Shown in pieces: positions 39,360 to 49,977 of a stretch of 64,000 nt of DNA. The DNA is taken from the NCBI GenBank assembly GCA_963933835.1, contig CAWVVV010000007.1, positions 1 through 64,000 on the forward strand, read 5' to 3'. Under the pieces are notes generated by a model. It was not told where the DNA came from. It searched no databases and saw only the letters and a program-made list of their open reading frames with translations. The DNA comes from an uncultured Puniceicoccaceae bacterium. GTDB lineage: Bacteria > Verrucomicrobiota > Verrucomicrobiia > Opitutales > Oceanipulchritudinaceae. A program made the position numbers and the translations under genes. Within the stretch, counting starts at the first letter, position 1, and the number at the start of each line of letters is the position of its first letter.

Positions 39360-40091
39360 ATGTCGACGACTAGTCAGAAATTAGAATGGTGTATTGTTCG
39401 CCTCGGCGAAGATATGAACTGGTGGGTCCATGAAATTTCCGACCCTGTCCGGTGGGATGTTGACGGGCTCAGCATAGTGGACCCCCGCCAAATGGGTTAC
39501 GTCGTTGAGCTCTGCGCCCCGCTTCGCGAGTATGGCTTCGATACCGACTCGATCGAACGGGCGTTTTATACCTTCGCGATGGATAAGGAGGAAAAGGGCA
39601 GCAACATCCGTCTCGTTCGCACCCCTGAGTGCCACCTCGAAGATGAAGATGGCGTGCTCTTTGGGCTGCCCGATATCCTCGACGAAGACAAAGGACCTTA
39701 CGCCGACTTTCTTGACGCAATCACTAAGGCACGTGTTCGCCTTCTCAATGATCAGATCAAATTCGAGCAGAATCTGACGATCGACGAACTCGAAGAGGAA
39801 ATCCGCGAACGCCAAAATGCCGACTTCATGGAAGGCAAAGCGGTGCATGCTTTCACCGACATCACCTCAATCCTCGAATACGTGCCTCTGGGCTTCGAAA
39901 TCGAAGAAGATGACGCTGATGTAAGTTCCGACGGCGAAGACATCGGCGACCTTTCTGAATTCAACGACGCAGATGCGGACGCGAAAATTCAAGAAGACGA
40001 TACGATGAAGTGGGAAGAGGAAGAAGAGGATGAGTCGAAGAAAGAATTCGACGAAACTGTTTCCGATCGCCCAGACGACCTCGACAAGTAG
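39360..40091 (+). CDS. Hypothetical protein with acidic C-terminal tail
   Basis: 243-aa ORF with host-like codon usage; D/E-rich tail. Confidence 0.75.
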   Translation: MSTTSQKLEWCIVRLGEDMNWWVHEISDPVRWDVDGLSIVDPRQMGYVVELCAPLREYGFDTDSIERAFYTFAMDKEEKGSNIRLVRTPECHLEDEDGVLFGLPDILDEDKGPYADFLDAITKARVRLLNDQIKFEQNLTIDELEEEIRERQNADFMEGKAVHAFTDITSILEYVPLGFEIEEDDADVSSDGEDIGDLSEFNDADADAKIQEDDTMKWEEEEEDESKKEFDETVSDRPDDLDK

Positions 40092-40134
40092 CCACTCAGG
40101 CAGCTTCAGACTTTATCCAATTCCACGTTACCGA

Positions 40135-40569
40135 CTATTCGGTGGCGTGGATTTTTTCTACCCGTTGAACATGGCGCCCACCTTCGAAGGTGCTGTCCAA
40201 CCAAGCATCAACCACTGCAGGCAAACTGCGTTGTGGAAACATCCGACCGCCGATCGAGATGACGTTGGCGTCGTTGTGCGCCTTCGTGAGCTGAGCACTT
40301 TCGGCATTCCACACAACACCGCAGCGGATGCCCTTTACCTTATTCGCAACGATCGCTTCACCATTGCCACTGCCCCCGAAGACGATGCCGAGATCACTCT
40401 CGCCTTTCGACACGGCCTCCGCCGCCGGACGCACAAAATCAGGATAGTCACTACGCTCGTTCGAAAATGCGCCGTGGTCGATGACTGTTATGCCACGCGA
40501 CTCAAGGTGCGCTTTAACGATTTCTTTTGCAGCATATCCAGCGTGATCGGTCCCAAGCGAAATTTTCAT
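40135..40569 (-). CDS. rpiB: Ribose-5-phosphate isomerase B
   Basis: GTDHAG, DYPD, GGSGNGE, HNDAN, FEGGRH. Confidence 0.93.
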   Translation of the reverse strand: MKISLGTDHAGYAAKEIVKAHLESRGITVIDHGAFSNERSDYPDFVRPAAEAVSKGESDLGIVFGGSGNGEAIVANKVKGIRCGVVWNAESAQLTKAHNDANVISIGGRMFPQRSLPAVVDAWLDSTFEGGRHVQRVEKIHATE

Positions 40570-40630
40570 AGATGATGAAATCACTGCTGATACACATCTG
40601 CGTCAACGGCAGACCACTCCGATAGGATCT

Positions 40631-41692
40631 CTAGATCCCGCTTGCTGATGCATTGTCATCAAGCTGTGAGGCTGAGCCAGGAGCCGCACTCAATCCAGCC
40701 GCTTCACTCGCCCACTCCTTCGCGAAATAGGTCAGAATTAAATCCGCTCCGGATCGCTTGATCGCGATCAAGCTCTCGTCGCGGCTACGCTTGTAGTCGA
40801 GCCAACCGAGCTGCGCCGCAGCATGAATCTGGGCATACTCGCCGCTGACTTGGTAAGCCGCCACCGGCACATCCGAGAGTTCAGCCGTCTGTCGGATAAT
40901 ATCGAGATAGGCTCCCGCTGGCTTGACCATGACGATGTCGGCACCCTCTTCGAGATCGAGCTCAACCTCCCGAGCCGCCTCGCGGACGTTGGCTGGGTTG
41001 AGCTGATAGGTATCCTTGCCGAGCAAGGCCGTGCCCGCGGCCTGAGCGCTGCCAACGGCATCACGAAACGGACCATAGTAAGCGCTATTGAATTTAGCCG
41101 AGTAGGCGATGATCCCCATCTGCGTGAAACCTGCTAAATCAAGTGCCTCGCGGATGAATAAAATGCGCCCATCCATCATATCACTGGGAGCGACGAAATC
41201 GACACCCGCCTCGGCTTGGAGCACCGCCATTTGAGCGAGGATCTCCACCGTCTCGTCGTTCGCCACGTCGGAACCATCTTCGGTCAAAACACCGTCGTGT
41301 CCATGTGTCGTGTAGGGATCTAGGGCGACGTCAGTGATCACGAGCATCTCGGGCAGCACCTGTTTAATCGCGCGAACCGCGCGAAGCACGAGTGTATCGG
41401 GATTTAAAGCCTCTTCGCCTTGAGGAGTCTTGAGTGAAGGTTCGAGCTTGGGGAACAGTGCGATCGCCTTCACCCCAAGACGCTGAAGCTGCATCGCTTC
41501 CAGACACAGAGCTTTGATTGGAAAACGCAGCTGCCCAGGCATTGAAGCGATCGGCTCAGAAGCCCCCTCTCCCTCGATAACAAAGAGTGGTTGAATAAGA
41601 TCTTCCGTCCGCAAAACAGTTTCCTCAACTAAAGAACGGATCGCTGGCGTGCGCCGCAAGCGGCGCGGACGAGGCATCGATTCAAAACTCAT
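40631..41692 (-). CDS. hemB: Porphobilinogen synthase
   Basis: RPRRLRR, DVALDPYTTHGHDG, APSDMMDGR, VMVKPA, AYQVSGEY. Confidence 0.96.
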   Translation of the reverse strand: MSFESMPRPRRLRRTPAIRSLVEETVLRTEDLIQPLFVIEGEGASEPIASMPGQLRFPIKALCLEAMQLQRLGVKAIALFPKLEPSLKTPQGEEALNPDTLVLRAVRAIKQVLPEMLVITDVALDPYTTHGHDGVLTEDGSDVANDETVEILAQMAVLQAEAGVDFVAPSDMMDGRILFIREALDLAGFTQMGIIAYSAKFNSAYYGPFRDAVGSAQAAGTALLGKDTYQLNPANVREAAREVELDLEEGADIVMVKPAGAYLDIIRQTAELSDVPVAAYQVSGEYAQIHAAAQLGWLDYKRSRDESLIAIKRSGADLILTYFAKEWASEAAGLSAAPGSASQLDDNASASGI

Positions 41693-41821
41693 AGGACTAC
41701 TTTAGGACAAAACCGCAGAGCGCCAAGCGGGAAGAAGAATTACTCTTCGCTGAGACAAGATTGCCAACATTTCTTGGGCTTGTGCCTGGGACGAGGGGCT
41801 TCATCGTGGAGGCCTCACGTG

Positions 41822-43636
41822 ATGACTCTTCTTCGTAACAACGCCCTATGGTTGGGAGCGATCGCTCTACTTCTCTTAGGCGCCTACTACCCGGTCATCT
41901 TTAGCGAATACGGATTCACCGATGACTACTACGCCATCACTCTGCACAAGACGGTCGGCCCTTGGGATTTCAAAACGCTCTACACTGTCTTGGGGCGGCC
42001 CATTTGCTCCGTTCTAACCGGCTACGCTTTTGCCCCGGTCGAAACTATTTCAGACCTCGCCTATGTGCGCGCGATCAGCGTCATCACTCTAGCGATTACC
42101 GGGATGAGCGCTTTTCTGATTCTGAGGAACTTCCGAATTTCAGAATCCTGCGCCCTTTTAGTCGCTGCTGTGCTGACTCTAAATCCGGCGGCAGGTGTCT
42201 TTGCCGGGTGGGCGGCAACTTTCATTTATCCGCTTTCCGTCCTCATTTCACTCATCGGAGGCTGGTTCATCATTCGAGGGCTGGAAGACTGTCGGTGGCG
42301 CACTGCAACAGCAGGCTTCGCCTGCCTTCTAGTCTCTTTCTTCATCTACCAACCGACCGCACTCGCCTGTCTCGTTCTATTTGCGGTCCATTATTACACC
42401 CCAAGAGACAAAGCCGAAAAGCCTCCCTTTCTACAATGGAGCGCAAGCATCGCGATTACCTCCGTAGCGATGGTCGTCTACTACATTCTCTATAAGAGCT
42501 ACCTTCCGCTCCTTGAGCAATATGGAATGACTACAGACCGCGGTGGCATCGTCACCGAAATCGGTGACAAGCTCGCCTACTATTTCAAGGGTCCGCTCTG
42601 GGAATCTATTCTATGGTGGGCTTACTACGCACCAAAATGGGTCGGGTGGGGCATTCTGAGCATGCTCATAAGCGCCACCCTCTATCTTGTATTTGGACAT
42701 GCAAAAAGATCTGGCTGGCTAAGCTCTTCCATTCTCACCGCTTTGCTCCTAGCCACCCTATTGCTAGCCTCCTCCCCGATCATCGTCCCTCATCAGAATG
42801 ATCATCAGCTACGCGTATTTTATCCACTGATCGTCCTCTTGGGTGCGATATACGCCATCGCTTTTGGGCAACTCACCCAACGTCTCTCTGGCTGGCTGAA
42901 GCTAGCTCTTCCCCTCTTCATAGTCATTTTGCTCAGTCTGCTCAGTCATCACTACGTCAACGAAGGTATCGTAAAGCCCCACACGAATGAAGTGCAGGCC
43001 TATAAGTCCTATCTCGAGGAGAACCTTCAGGCGCCTCCTGAGTTTGCCTTTTTCATTCATCCCATCCTCGCGAAAGAAGACGTATCAAGCTTGGGAGCCT
43101 TTCATGAATACGGTCGTTACTCCTCATGGCTCCCGTGGGTGCCGCATTCGTTGATCAATATTTTGCTCTGGGAACAAGATCCATTACGAATGGAGCAGCT
43201 TCAAGAAGCAGAGATCATCCAAGTCTACCCATGGCAAATCCATCACTTCCCGGAAGGGGCTGTTGTTCTGGACGGCTACTACATTCAAGCGAACACACGA
43301 ACCCCTCCCTACAAAGCATACAAAAACAACATGCTTGCTGGATTCGTCCCCGATGCCGTTGAAAACCCTCTCTTTGGGACGACTGAAACGCTCAACCGGG
43401 ATTGGTTCTTTGCATTGAATTTCGGCTTTTTTAAAAGCCTCGGCGACAACGCTTACCAATTCTTCGATTACGGAACCTATGCGATTGAGCCGATCGATTC
43501 GCCAGAAGGTTCCATCGAGATGATTGACGAAAAGGGCCAACGCCTCATCACTTCAGAAGCCCATTTCCCTTCTGTTTACGACCCCGTTACAAACACACAC
43601 TTTCAACTAACTCAAAAGATTTTTTCGACACTATGA
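41822..43636 (+). CDS. Polytopic membrane protein, GtrII/GT-C glucosyltransferase-like
   Basis: Early DDY and GRP motifs, IYQP motif, about 11 TM segments, soluble C-terminal domain. Confidence 0.65.
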   Translation: MTLLRNNALWLGAIALLLLGAYYPVIFSEYGFTDDYYAITLHKTVGPWDFKTLYTVLGRPICSVLTGYAFAPVETISDLAYVRAISVITLAITGMSAFLILRNFRISESCALLVAAVLTLNPAAGVFAGWAATFIYPLSVLISLIGGWFIIRGLEDCRWRTATAGFACLLVSFFIYQPTALACLVLFAVHYYTPRDKAEKPPFLQWSASIAITSVAMVVYYILYKSYLPLLEQYGMTTDRGGIVTEIGDKLAYYFKGPLWESILWWAYYAPKWVGWGILSMLISATLYLVFGHAKRSGWLSSSILTALLLATLLLASSPIIVPHQNDHQLRVFYPLIVLLGAIYAIAFGQLTQRLSGWLKLALPLFIVILLSLLSHHYVNEGIVKPHTNEVQAYKSYLEENLQAPPEFAFFIHPILAKEDVSSLGAFHEYGRYSSWLPWVPHSLINILLWEQDPLRMEQLQEAEIIQVYPWQIHHFPEGAVVLDGYYIQANTRTPPYKAYKNNMLAGFVPDAVENPLFGTTETLNRDWFFALNFGFFKSLGDNAYQFFDYGTYAIEPIDSPEGSIEMIDEKGQRLITSEAHFPSVYDPVTNTHFQLTQKIFSTL

Positions 43637-43827
43637 GCTCTACTAAACGACTCCTAATCACATCCGTTCTATCAGCCATCCTGCTCTCAGGATGTGTTGC
43701 CACTAAAGTGGTCTCAACAACCGTCGGAGTGGCTGGCCAAGCGGCCAAAACCACCATCAAAATGACGGGCGCAGTCGGTGGAGCGGTGATTCCAACTCGC
43801 CCTAAAGAGCAGAATGAATCTAGATAG
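43633..43827 (+). CDS. Small lipoprotein
   Basis: Lipobox LLSGC; overlaps the upstream stop (ATGA). Confidence 0.75.
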   Translation: MSSTKRLLITSVLSAILLSGCVATKVVSTTVGVAGQAAKTTIKMTGAVGGAVIPTRPKEQNESR

Positions 43828-43868
43828 ACCTTTCACAAATAACAACTGGAGCAGCCTCGACCCCTGAT

Positions 43869-44198
43869 ATGAAAAACTGCCCTTATTGCGCTGAAGAAAT
43901 TTAAGACGAAGCGATCAAATGTCGCCACTGTGGTGAATTTCTCACTACACAAGGACGTGACCCAGCCGCTGAAGAAAAGCCGCCTTGGGTTTTTCTAACC
44001 GCTTTCATTATCCTCGCCCTAGCTTTGGTCGGACCTTTCGCCTTACCCCTTATTTGGCTCCACCCAAGGATCACTCGGGGATGGAAGATTATTCTCAGTG
44101 TGACTATTGTTCTCCTCACAGCGATCCTGATCAAACTCTCCGCTATCGCGACGAAGGAGCTGCTTGAGATGTATTCTGAACTCCTCAATGAAATGTAG
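43869..44198 (+). pseudogene. Zinc-ribbon membrane protein with in-frame TAA at codon 12 (43902-43904)
   Basis: Manual translation MKNCPYCAEEI*DEAIKCRHCGEFL...two TM helices...NEM*. Confidence 0.8.
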
Positions 44199-44236
44199 TA
44201 AGCAACCTTATCCTAATCGTAGATTTCCAGCATCTG

Positions 44237-44560
44237 CTAGCCCGCAAAGCGATAGCCAACATCCCTAATCGTTTTGATATATGCGGGCGCCTTAGGATTT
44301 GATTCTACTTTTTGGCGGAGTGTAGTCACGCAGCGATCCACACTACGTTGAGTAACCAGGATCGAAGAGCCCCAGACGTGATTCATAATGCCCTGGCGCT
44401 TGAGCGCTTTTCCTCTGTGTTCTAAGAAATATTCGAGAAGTCGATATTCTTTGCCCGTGAGGACGACTTCATCTTCATCGCGAAAAAACTGGTGAGACGT
44501 ACGGTCTAGGCGACAGTTACCGAAATCCAGCGTGCTTGCATCCGCTAAACGGTGACGACT
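44237..44560 (-). pseudogene. OmpR/PhoB winged-helix DNA-binding domain only (receiver domain missing)
   Basis: LTGKEYRLLEYF, RSVDRCVTTLRQK, IKTIRDVGYRF; no convincing start. Confidence 0.75.
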
Positions 44561-45606
44561 TCGGTTCAATCAGAGGGCTTGGCAGCGCCGTTCCACTTTC
44601 CTTTAGTATGAGCACAGCAGGGGCGACGATTGAAGCTGGGGAAATCGCCCTCGCAGATGATCAAAGTGTATGGATTCAGTTCACCACTCCTTACGCTATT
44701 CCACTCGAGTTAGAAACAATCATTACGAGTGGCACTTCGTCGGTCTTTGTTGTCGAGGTGTACACCAATTTTCAGAACGCGATTGAAGACATTGTGCAGG
44801 TCACCGGGAACAGTGACATCTCCCAACCTCTCAACTTTACATCGACGAGGAACACGAGCTATGCGATCCGCTTCGCTAGCTCTGAGGATGTCGATTTCAA
44901 TTTATATATCAGGCCAACCGGCATCTTTGACAGCTACGTCTCGGATAACACCTACGAAACGTATACATTTAATTTGACCAATGCACCTTTGCGCTTCGGG
45001 GGAGATAACTTTGATGCAGGGGCAGAAGGCAATGAACCCAGTTTGGATGGCTTTGACGACAATACCGTCTGGGCAAAACTGGGCTACTACAATGATGAGC
45101 CAGGCGTACTCATCATCGACACATTTGGAAGCGATTTTGATACGGTGCTCCATGTCTTTGAAGGCATCGGTGCACCTTCCACCCTCAATCTACTCGCTCT
45201 TAACGACGACTTAACTGGAAGTACTCTGAGTCGAGTCACGCTATCCATCACTCCGAATACACAGGTCTCTGTGCGTGTGACTGGTTTCGGGCCCGCTGCA
45301 ACTGGCAATGTCGTCCTTAATGCCGATTTCAAGCCGGCTGGACAAGATACAGCCCTCGCGGCACTCAAAGACTCCCTCGATCTCGATGTCTGCTTCTCCC
45401 AAGTCCTTGGAACTAACATCGAACTGCCTTGGGTGGCATTCGGGGAATACGCCTATCGGGTCCAGTTTAGCTCTACCACCTCCAGTTGGGTCACGATTGA
45501 GGATGTCGTTCCTTCAGAGGCCTACGACCCAGCCTATACTTATGCCTTCAGCCTCCCTGGGGCCGGTCCTCATTACGTCCGCGTCGAGTTTCTCGGAGAG
45601 CCCTAG
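44545..45606 (+). pseudogene. Extracellular beta-sandwich (PPC-like) repeat protein, apparently 5'-truncated
   Basis: Two repeats of A..E..E......VW; DTFGSDFDTVLHVF...NDD motif; no signal peptide. Confidence 0.6.
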
Positions 45607-45756
45607 AAGTTGGACGAACGCTGCGAGCGTCTCAATTCCTCAGGAATAGATCTCTCGATTCTAAAATGGGGGATGAATGATTCCAGAGTGTAGAACACTG
45701 GTTTCCTTCCATTTGAAGACGGGGCACTCCCCTCCTTCAGGAATCACCGCGTATCC

Positions 45757-45788
45757 AAAAAAAAGACCCCACGCTTCCGTGAGGTCTT
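45757..45788 (-). terminator. Rho-independent terminator after the PEP-CTERM gene
   Basis: Minus strand AAGACCTCACG-GAAG-CGTGGGGTC-T8. Confidence 0.85.
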
Positions 45789-45811
45789 AAAAGAATTGAA
45801 TGCCTAAGGTG

Positions 45812-46072
45812 TTATCGACGGCGGACGGCCAAGAATCCAAGGGTCGCGAGACCTAGTAGGGCGGCTGCAGAGGAAGGCTCTGGGACGACCACCAGATTAG
45901 CACGGATCTCGCCTCCACCATTAGCAGCGGTGTGCACGTTGATGTAGTAAAGGCCGTTGAGTAAATCTGTCTCGTTTGCAGATGTCGTCGAAAGATCAAT
46001 TAAGACCACTTGAGAATATAGGCCGCTCGCAAGCGCGCCGAAGAGAACAGTGAAGAGGATGCTTTTTTTCAT
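45812..46072 (-). CDS. PEP-CTERM protein retaining only the C-terminal piece of a CHRD domain
   Basis: Signal peptide; LLNGLYYINVHTAANGGGEIR (CHRD signature); VPEPSS + TM + RRR. Confidence 0.8.
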   Translation of the reverse strand: MKKSILFTVLFGALASGLYSQVVLIDLSTTSANETDLLNGLYYINVHTAANGGGEIRANLVVVPEPSSAAALLGLATLGFLAVRRR

Positions 46073-46283
46073 AAGATACAGACTTGGGGTGAAAACCACT
46101 GACGAGATAGGTGGTAAGAGACCGGATGTTAGGCTGATGAAGGTTGATAGCGCAAGGCTTTGATGCGCAATCAGAAGAAATCTCCGATGTCTTAGGGTTC
46201 ATGCTCTAAAACTCCCTCATAAGACAACTAGCCAAAAAAGGGCGTGCCATCGCCAGTCAGCCTGCTAGCACTCTCTCTTTCCC

Positions 46284-48116
46284 ATGAAAGAGATGACCCC
46301 GTTAGAAGAGTTGCGCCACTCAGCCGCGCACATCCTTGCCACTGCTGTTCTCCGTGTTTTCCCGGAGGCCCAACTCGACATCGGTCCACCGACCGACAGC
46401 GGCTTCTATTACGACCTCGATCTCGATCATAAGCTCACGGCCGACGACCTCGTTAAAATCGAGGAAGCGATGAAGGCTGTGGCGAAAGAGAATCAGCGCT
46501 TCGAACGCTTTGAACACTCCCGCGAGGAAGCCACCGCCCTGATCAAGGAAATGGGGCAGGAACGCTACAAACTCGGTCGTCTCGCGGACATCCCCGAAGG
46601 CGAAGCGATTTCCTTCTACCGCAACGGCGAATTCACTGATCTCTGCGCTGGCACGCACATCAAGTATTCAAAGAAGCTCAAAGCCTTCAAGCTCCTCTCC
46701 ATCGCGGGCGCCTACCACCGCGGTGATGAGAAGAACAAGCAGCTCCAGCGCATCTACGGAACCGCCTTCCCAACCAAAGACGAACTCGCCACTTACCTCG
46801 AGAATCTCGAAGAGGCGAAGAAGCGCGACCACCGCAAACTCGGCAAAGACCTCAAGCTCTTTCACATCGACGAAGACGTTGGCCAAGGCCTCGTCCTCTG
46901 GACTCCAAATGGTGCCGTTGTCCGCCAAGAGCTGCAGAACTTCATCGGCGAAGAGCTGCGCAAGCAGGGCTACAACCAAGTCTTTACGCCCCACATCGGA
47001 AAACTCGGCCTCTACAAGACCTCCGGTCACTTCCCCTACTATCAGGAATCGCAGTTCCCTGCGCTCGTCGACCGCGACCAGATCCAGGGACTCGCTGACG
47101 AGGGATGCACCTGTGCGCAGTTGGCCAATCAAATGGAAGCCGGCGACATCGAAGGCTTTCTCCTCAAGCCGATGAATTGCCCGATGCACATCAAGATCTT
47201 CGACAGCCAGCCTCACAGCTATCGAGATCTCCCCGTGCGCCTTGCTGAGTTCGGCACCGTCTATCGCTGGGAACAAAGCGGCGAGCTCAACGGCATGACC
47301 CGTGTCCGTGGCTTCACTCAAGACGACGCCCACATTTTTTGCACCCCCGAGCAACTCAACGACGAAGTCAAAGGCTGCCTCGAGCTCGTCAAAATCGTTT
47401 TCAAAACTCTCGGGATGAAAGACTACCGCGTTCGCGTGGGTCTGCGTGATCCCGACAGCACGAAGTTCGTTGGCAACCCAGACAACTGGGACAAAGCCGA
47501 AGCGGCTTGTCGCGAAGCCGCCGAAGGCCTCGGCGTCCCCTTCAGCGAAGAGCCCGGCGAAGCCGCCTTCTACGGCCCGAAAATCGACTTCGTGGTCAAA
47601 GACGTCATCGGTCGCGAATGGCAACTCGGCACTGTCCAAGTTGACTACGTTCTCCCTGAGCGCTTCGAGCTCAGCTACGTCGGCGCGGACAACGGCAACC
47701 ACCCCCCTGTCATGGTCCACCGTGCACCTTTCGGCTCGATGGAACGCTTCACTGGTGTCCTCATCGAACACTTCGCAGGCAACTTCCCCGCGTGGCTCTC
47801 CCCTGAGCAAGTCCGCCTCCTTCCGATCACCGATGCGCAGAACGACTTTGCTCGTGAAGTAGAAAAACAACTACACGACCAAGGTATCCGCACTTCGATC
47901 GACACCCAGAGCGACAAGTTCGGTGCGAAAATCCGCCGTGCAGAAATGGACCACGTCCCTTACATGTTCGTGATCGGAAAAAACGAAGCCGCCGAAGGCC
48001 AAGTTACGATCCGCTCCCGCACGAACAAGTCCCACGAAGGTATGCTCCCCGCCGCCGAAGCCGTCGCCAAGATCATCGAGATCGTGAAGACCCGGGAATT
48101 GCCGGAAGCGGGGTGA
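46284..48116 (+). CDS. thrS: Threonine--tRNA ligase (lacks the N-terminal TGS domain)
   Basis: RHSAAHIL, DLCAGTH, RDHRKLG, KPMNCP, RVRGFTQDDAH, FYGPKID. Confidence 0.97.
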   Translation: MKEMTPLEELRHSAAHILATAVLRVFPEAQLDIGPPTDSGFYYDLDLDHKLTADDLVKIEEAMKAVAKENQRFERFEHSREEATALIKEMGQERYKLGRLADIPEGEAISFYRNGEFTDLCAGTHIKYSKKLKAFKLLSIAGAYHRGDEKNKQLQRIYGTAFPTKDELATYLENLEEAKKRDHRKLGKDLKLFHIDEDVGQGLVLWTPNGAVVRQELQNFIGEELRKQGYNQVFTPHIGKLGLYKTSGHFPYYQESQFPALVDRDQIQGLADEGCTCAQLANQMEAGDIEGFLLKPMNCPMHIKIFDSQPHSYRDLPVRLAEFGTVYRWEQSGELNGMTRVRGFTQDDAHIFCTPEQLNDEVKGCLELVKIVFKTLGMKDYRVRVGLRDPDSTKFVGNPDNWDKAEAACREAAEGLGVPFSEEPGEAAFYGPKIDFVVKDVIGREWQLGTVQVDYVLPERFELSYVGADNGNHPPVMVHRAPFGSMERFTGVLIEHFAGNFPAWLSPEQVRLLPITDAQNDFAREVEKQLHDQGIRTSIDTQSDKFGAKIRRAEMDHVPYMFVIGKNEAAEGQVTIRSRTNKSHEGMLPAAEAVAKIIEIVKTRELPEAG

Positions 48117-48261
48117 TCATTCGGACACGGGCGCGATGAATGCATGCCCTAGCTTCGACACACTTCCCCCGTTTTTACGCTGCCGGAGCAGGCCTCCAGT
48201 GAACAACTTGTGAACATCTCCGCCTCGCAGAAAGTGAACATATGTTTACATTCCGTGAGGC

Positions 48262-48826
48262 ATGTCCGCCCGCTATCGCCCTCGGCAGGCCCGAGCCTCG
48301 GCGCTCTGGCAATGCCTCCACACCGCCCTGCCGGATTTCCTGCGGCACTACGCGGAGCGCCACGCCTCTACCCTTGGTCCACTGCTCCCCGAACGCCAAG
48401 CCGCCCTCGAGCGCTTCCTGCGCTGCGGCGATCTCAGCCAGGGCTTTCTCCGTGTGCGTTGTGAGGACTGCGACCACGAATACCTTGTTCCCTATACCTG
48501 CAAACAGCGCGGGATCTGCCCGACCTGCCATCAACGCCGCAGCGTCGACCTCTCCGCCACCATCGCGACGGAGATCTGCGCCCCCGTGCCCCACCGGCAC
48601 TGGGTCTTCACTATTCCACAACTCCTCCGCCCCGTCTTCCGCCGCGAGCCCCGCCGTCTCGGCCTCCTCGCCCGCCTCACCGCCGACTGCCTCACCGACT
48701 ACCTCCGCGACCGCACAGGCCTACCCGAAGGCCGCCCCGGCATCGTCCTCGCCTTCCACACCTTTGGCGATCGATGATCCCGATCCCTGGGCCCACGAGA
48801 GCGAGCCGATCTTCTGGAGCGATTGA
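48262..48826 (+). pseudogene. IS91-family (Y2/HUH) transposase, N-terminal zinc-binding region only
   Basis: RCGDLSQGFLRVRCEDC...CKQRGICPTC, PHRHWVFTIP, HTFGD; breaks just before the HUH motif, then an out-of-frame tail IDDPDPWAHESEPIFWSD*. Confidence 0.88.
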
Positions 48827-49039
48827 GCCACCCGTGCGGGAATGCAGGACCCCAGCTCGGCCCTGATGCGCCCGCACCTCCCGCGGCGCTGCTTCACCCT
48901 GCCCGCAAATCACATTCCAAACGGCAATTTCCTTGTCTTTTCAGCCCCAGCCCTCCAAAAACGCCCCAGATTTCAATCGACTCCCTCGCTCTCGCCTTCC
49001 GCCAACCACCGCTCGCCCATACACACGAACCCCTCCCCC

Positions 49040-49110
49040 TTAAACCCCCACCCGCTGGCGCGGGCTAAGGGTGCATCGTTACTTTCCCGAAAAGCAAATT
49101 CCTATCAGTT
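49040..49110 (+). repeat. 71-bp direct repeat, left copy (putative oriIS)
   Basis: Identical to 57940-58010. Confidence 0.95.
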
Positions 49111-49293
49111 GCTGGCCAAGCTCCGGAGTAAGTAGGCGGAACGAATACTCTTCTCCTGTTCCTAGAGCACTTTGCGGAAAGTAACCGATCCTAGGAAAAT
49201 CAGGTTCATTCCGATGGCGGCCACTTGCGATTCCGTTGATTTAACCTGACGTTAGCATCCGATTGGAATTCTTCCAAAAAACACTCCTCTAAT

Positions 49294-49977
49294 ATGCGAT
49301 TGCTGATTGTCGAAGATGATACCGAGGTTCGCGACTTTGTCTCCAAGGGATTCCGTGAATTGGGTGCGACCGTCGATACCGCGTCCGATGGTGCCGAAGG
49401 GTTGTTTTTGGGAAGCAGTGAATCCTACGATGTCATCATCGTCGATCGCATGCTTCCCAAGCTGGATGGGATTCGTCTGATTCAGGGATTACGAGGCATC
49501 GGAAAAGAGACCCCGGTCTTAATCTTAAGCGCATTGGGAGAGATCGACGACCGGGTGCTCGGACTCCGGGCGGGTGGCGATGATTACCTGGTCAAACCCT
49601 TTGCATTCGCAGAACTGCATGCTCGAGTTGAAGTGCTTGGAAGGCGTTCAAATCGAGCCAGCGTTCCGGATCGAAGTAGCATCCTGAGCGCACAGGACTT
49701 GAAAATGGATTTACTCAAACGTAGAGTGTCTCGCGGAACCGAAGATCTCGAATTGCAGGCCAAAGAGTTTCAATTACTGGAATATCTATTGCGGAACAAA
49801 GGCACCGTGGTGACACGAACCATGTTGCTGGAGAATATCTGGGACTATCATTTCGATCCTCAAACCAATGTGATTGATGTTCATGTCAGTCGATTGCGGA
49901 GCAAAATTGACCACCCGGAATCAAAGGAGAGCCTCATCCGAACAATCCGTGGAACTGGCTACATCATCGATGACTGA
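49294..49977 (+). CDS. OmpR-family response regulator (CusR/CopR-like)
   Basis: LIVEDD, DRMLP, DDYLVKPF, TNVIDVHVSRLRSK, TIRGTGY. Confidence 0.93.
   Translation: MRLLIVEDDTEVRDFVSKGFRELGATVDTASDGAEGLFLGSSESYDVIIVDRMLPKLDGIRLIQGLRGIGKETPVLILSALGEIDDRVLGLRAGGDDYLVKPFAFAELHARVEVLGRRSNRASVPDRSSILSAQDLKMDLLKRRVSRGTEDLELQAKEFQLLEYLLRNKGTVVTRTMLLENIWDYHFDPQTNVIDVHVSRLRSKIDHPESKESLIRTIRGTGYIIDD

Larger units (their letters stand above)
48190..49110 (+). mobile_element. Internally deleted IS91/ISCR-like element (left end uncertain)
   Basis: Contains truncated transposase; GC- and C-rich; right end ...AAAAGCAAATTCCTATCAGTT resembles ISCR oriIS (...TTCCTATAC). Confidence 0.75.

Noticed and set aside
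43901..44188. 95-aa - strand ORF
   Set aside because: Antisense to the interrupted zinc-ribbon gene at 43869-44198
46668..47870. 400-aa ORF on the - strand
   Set aside because: Antisense shadow of thrS
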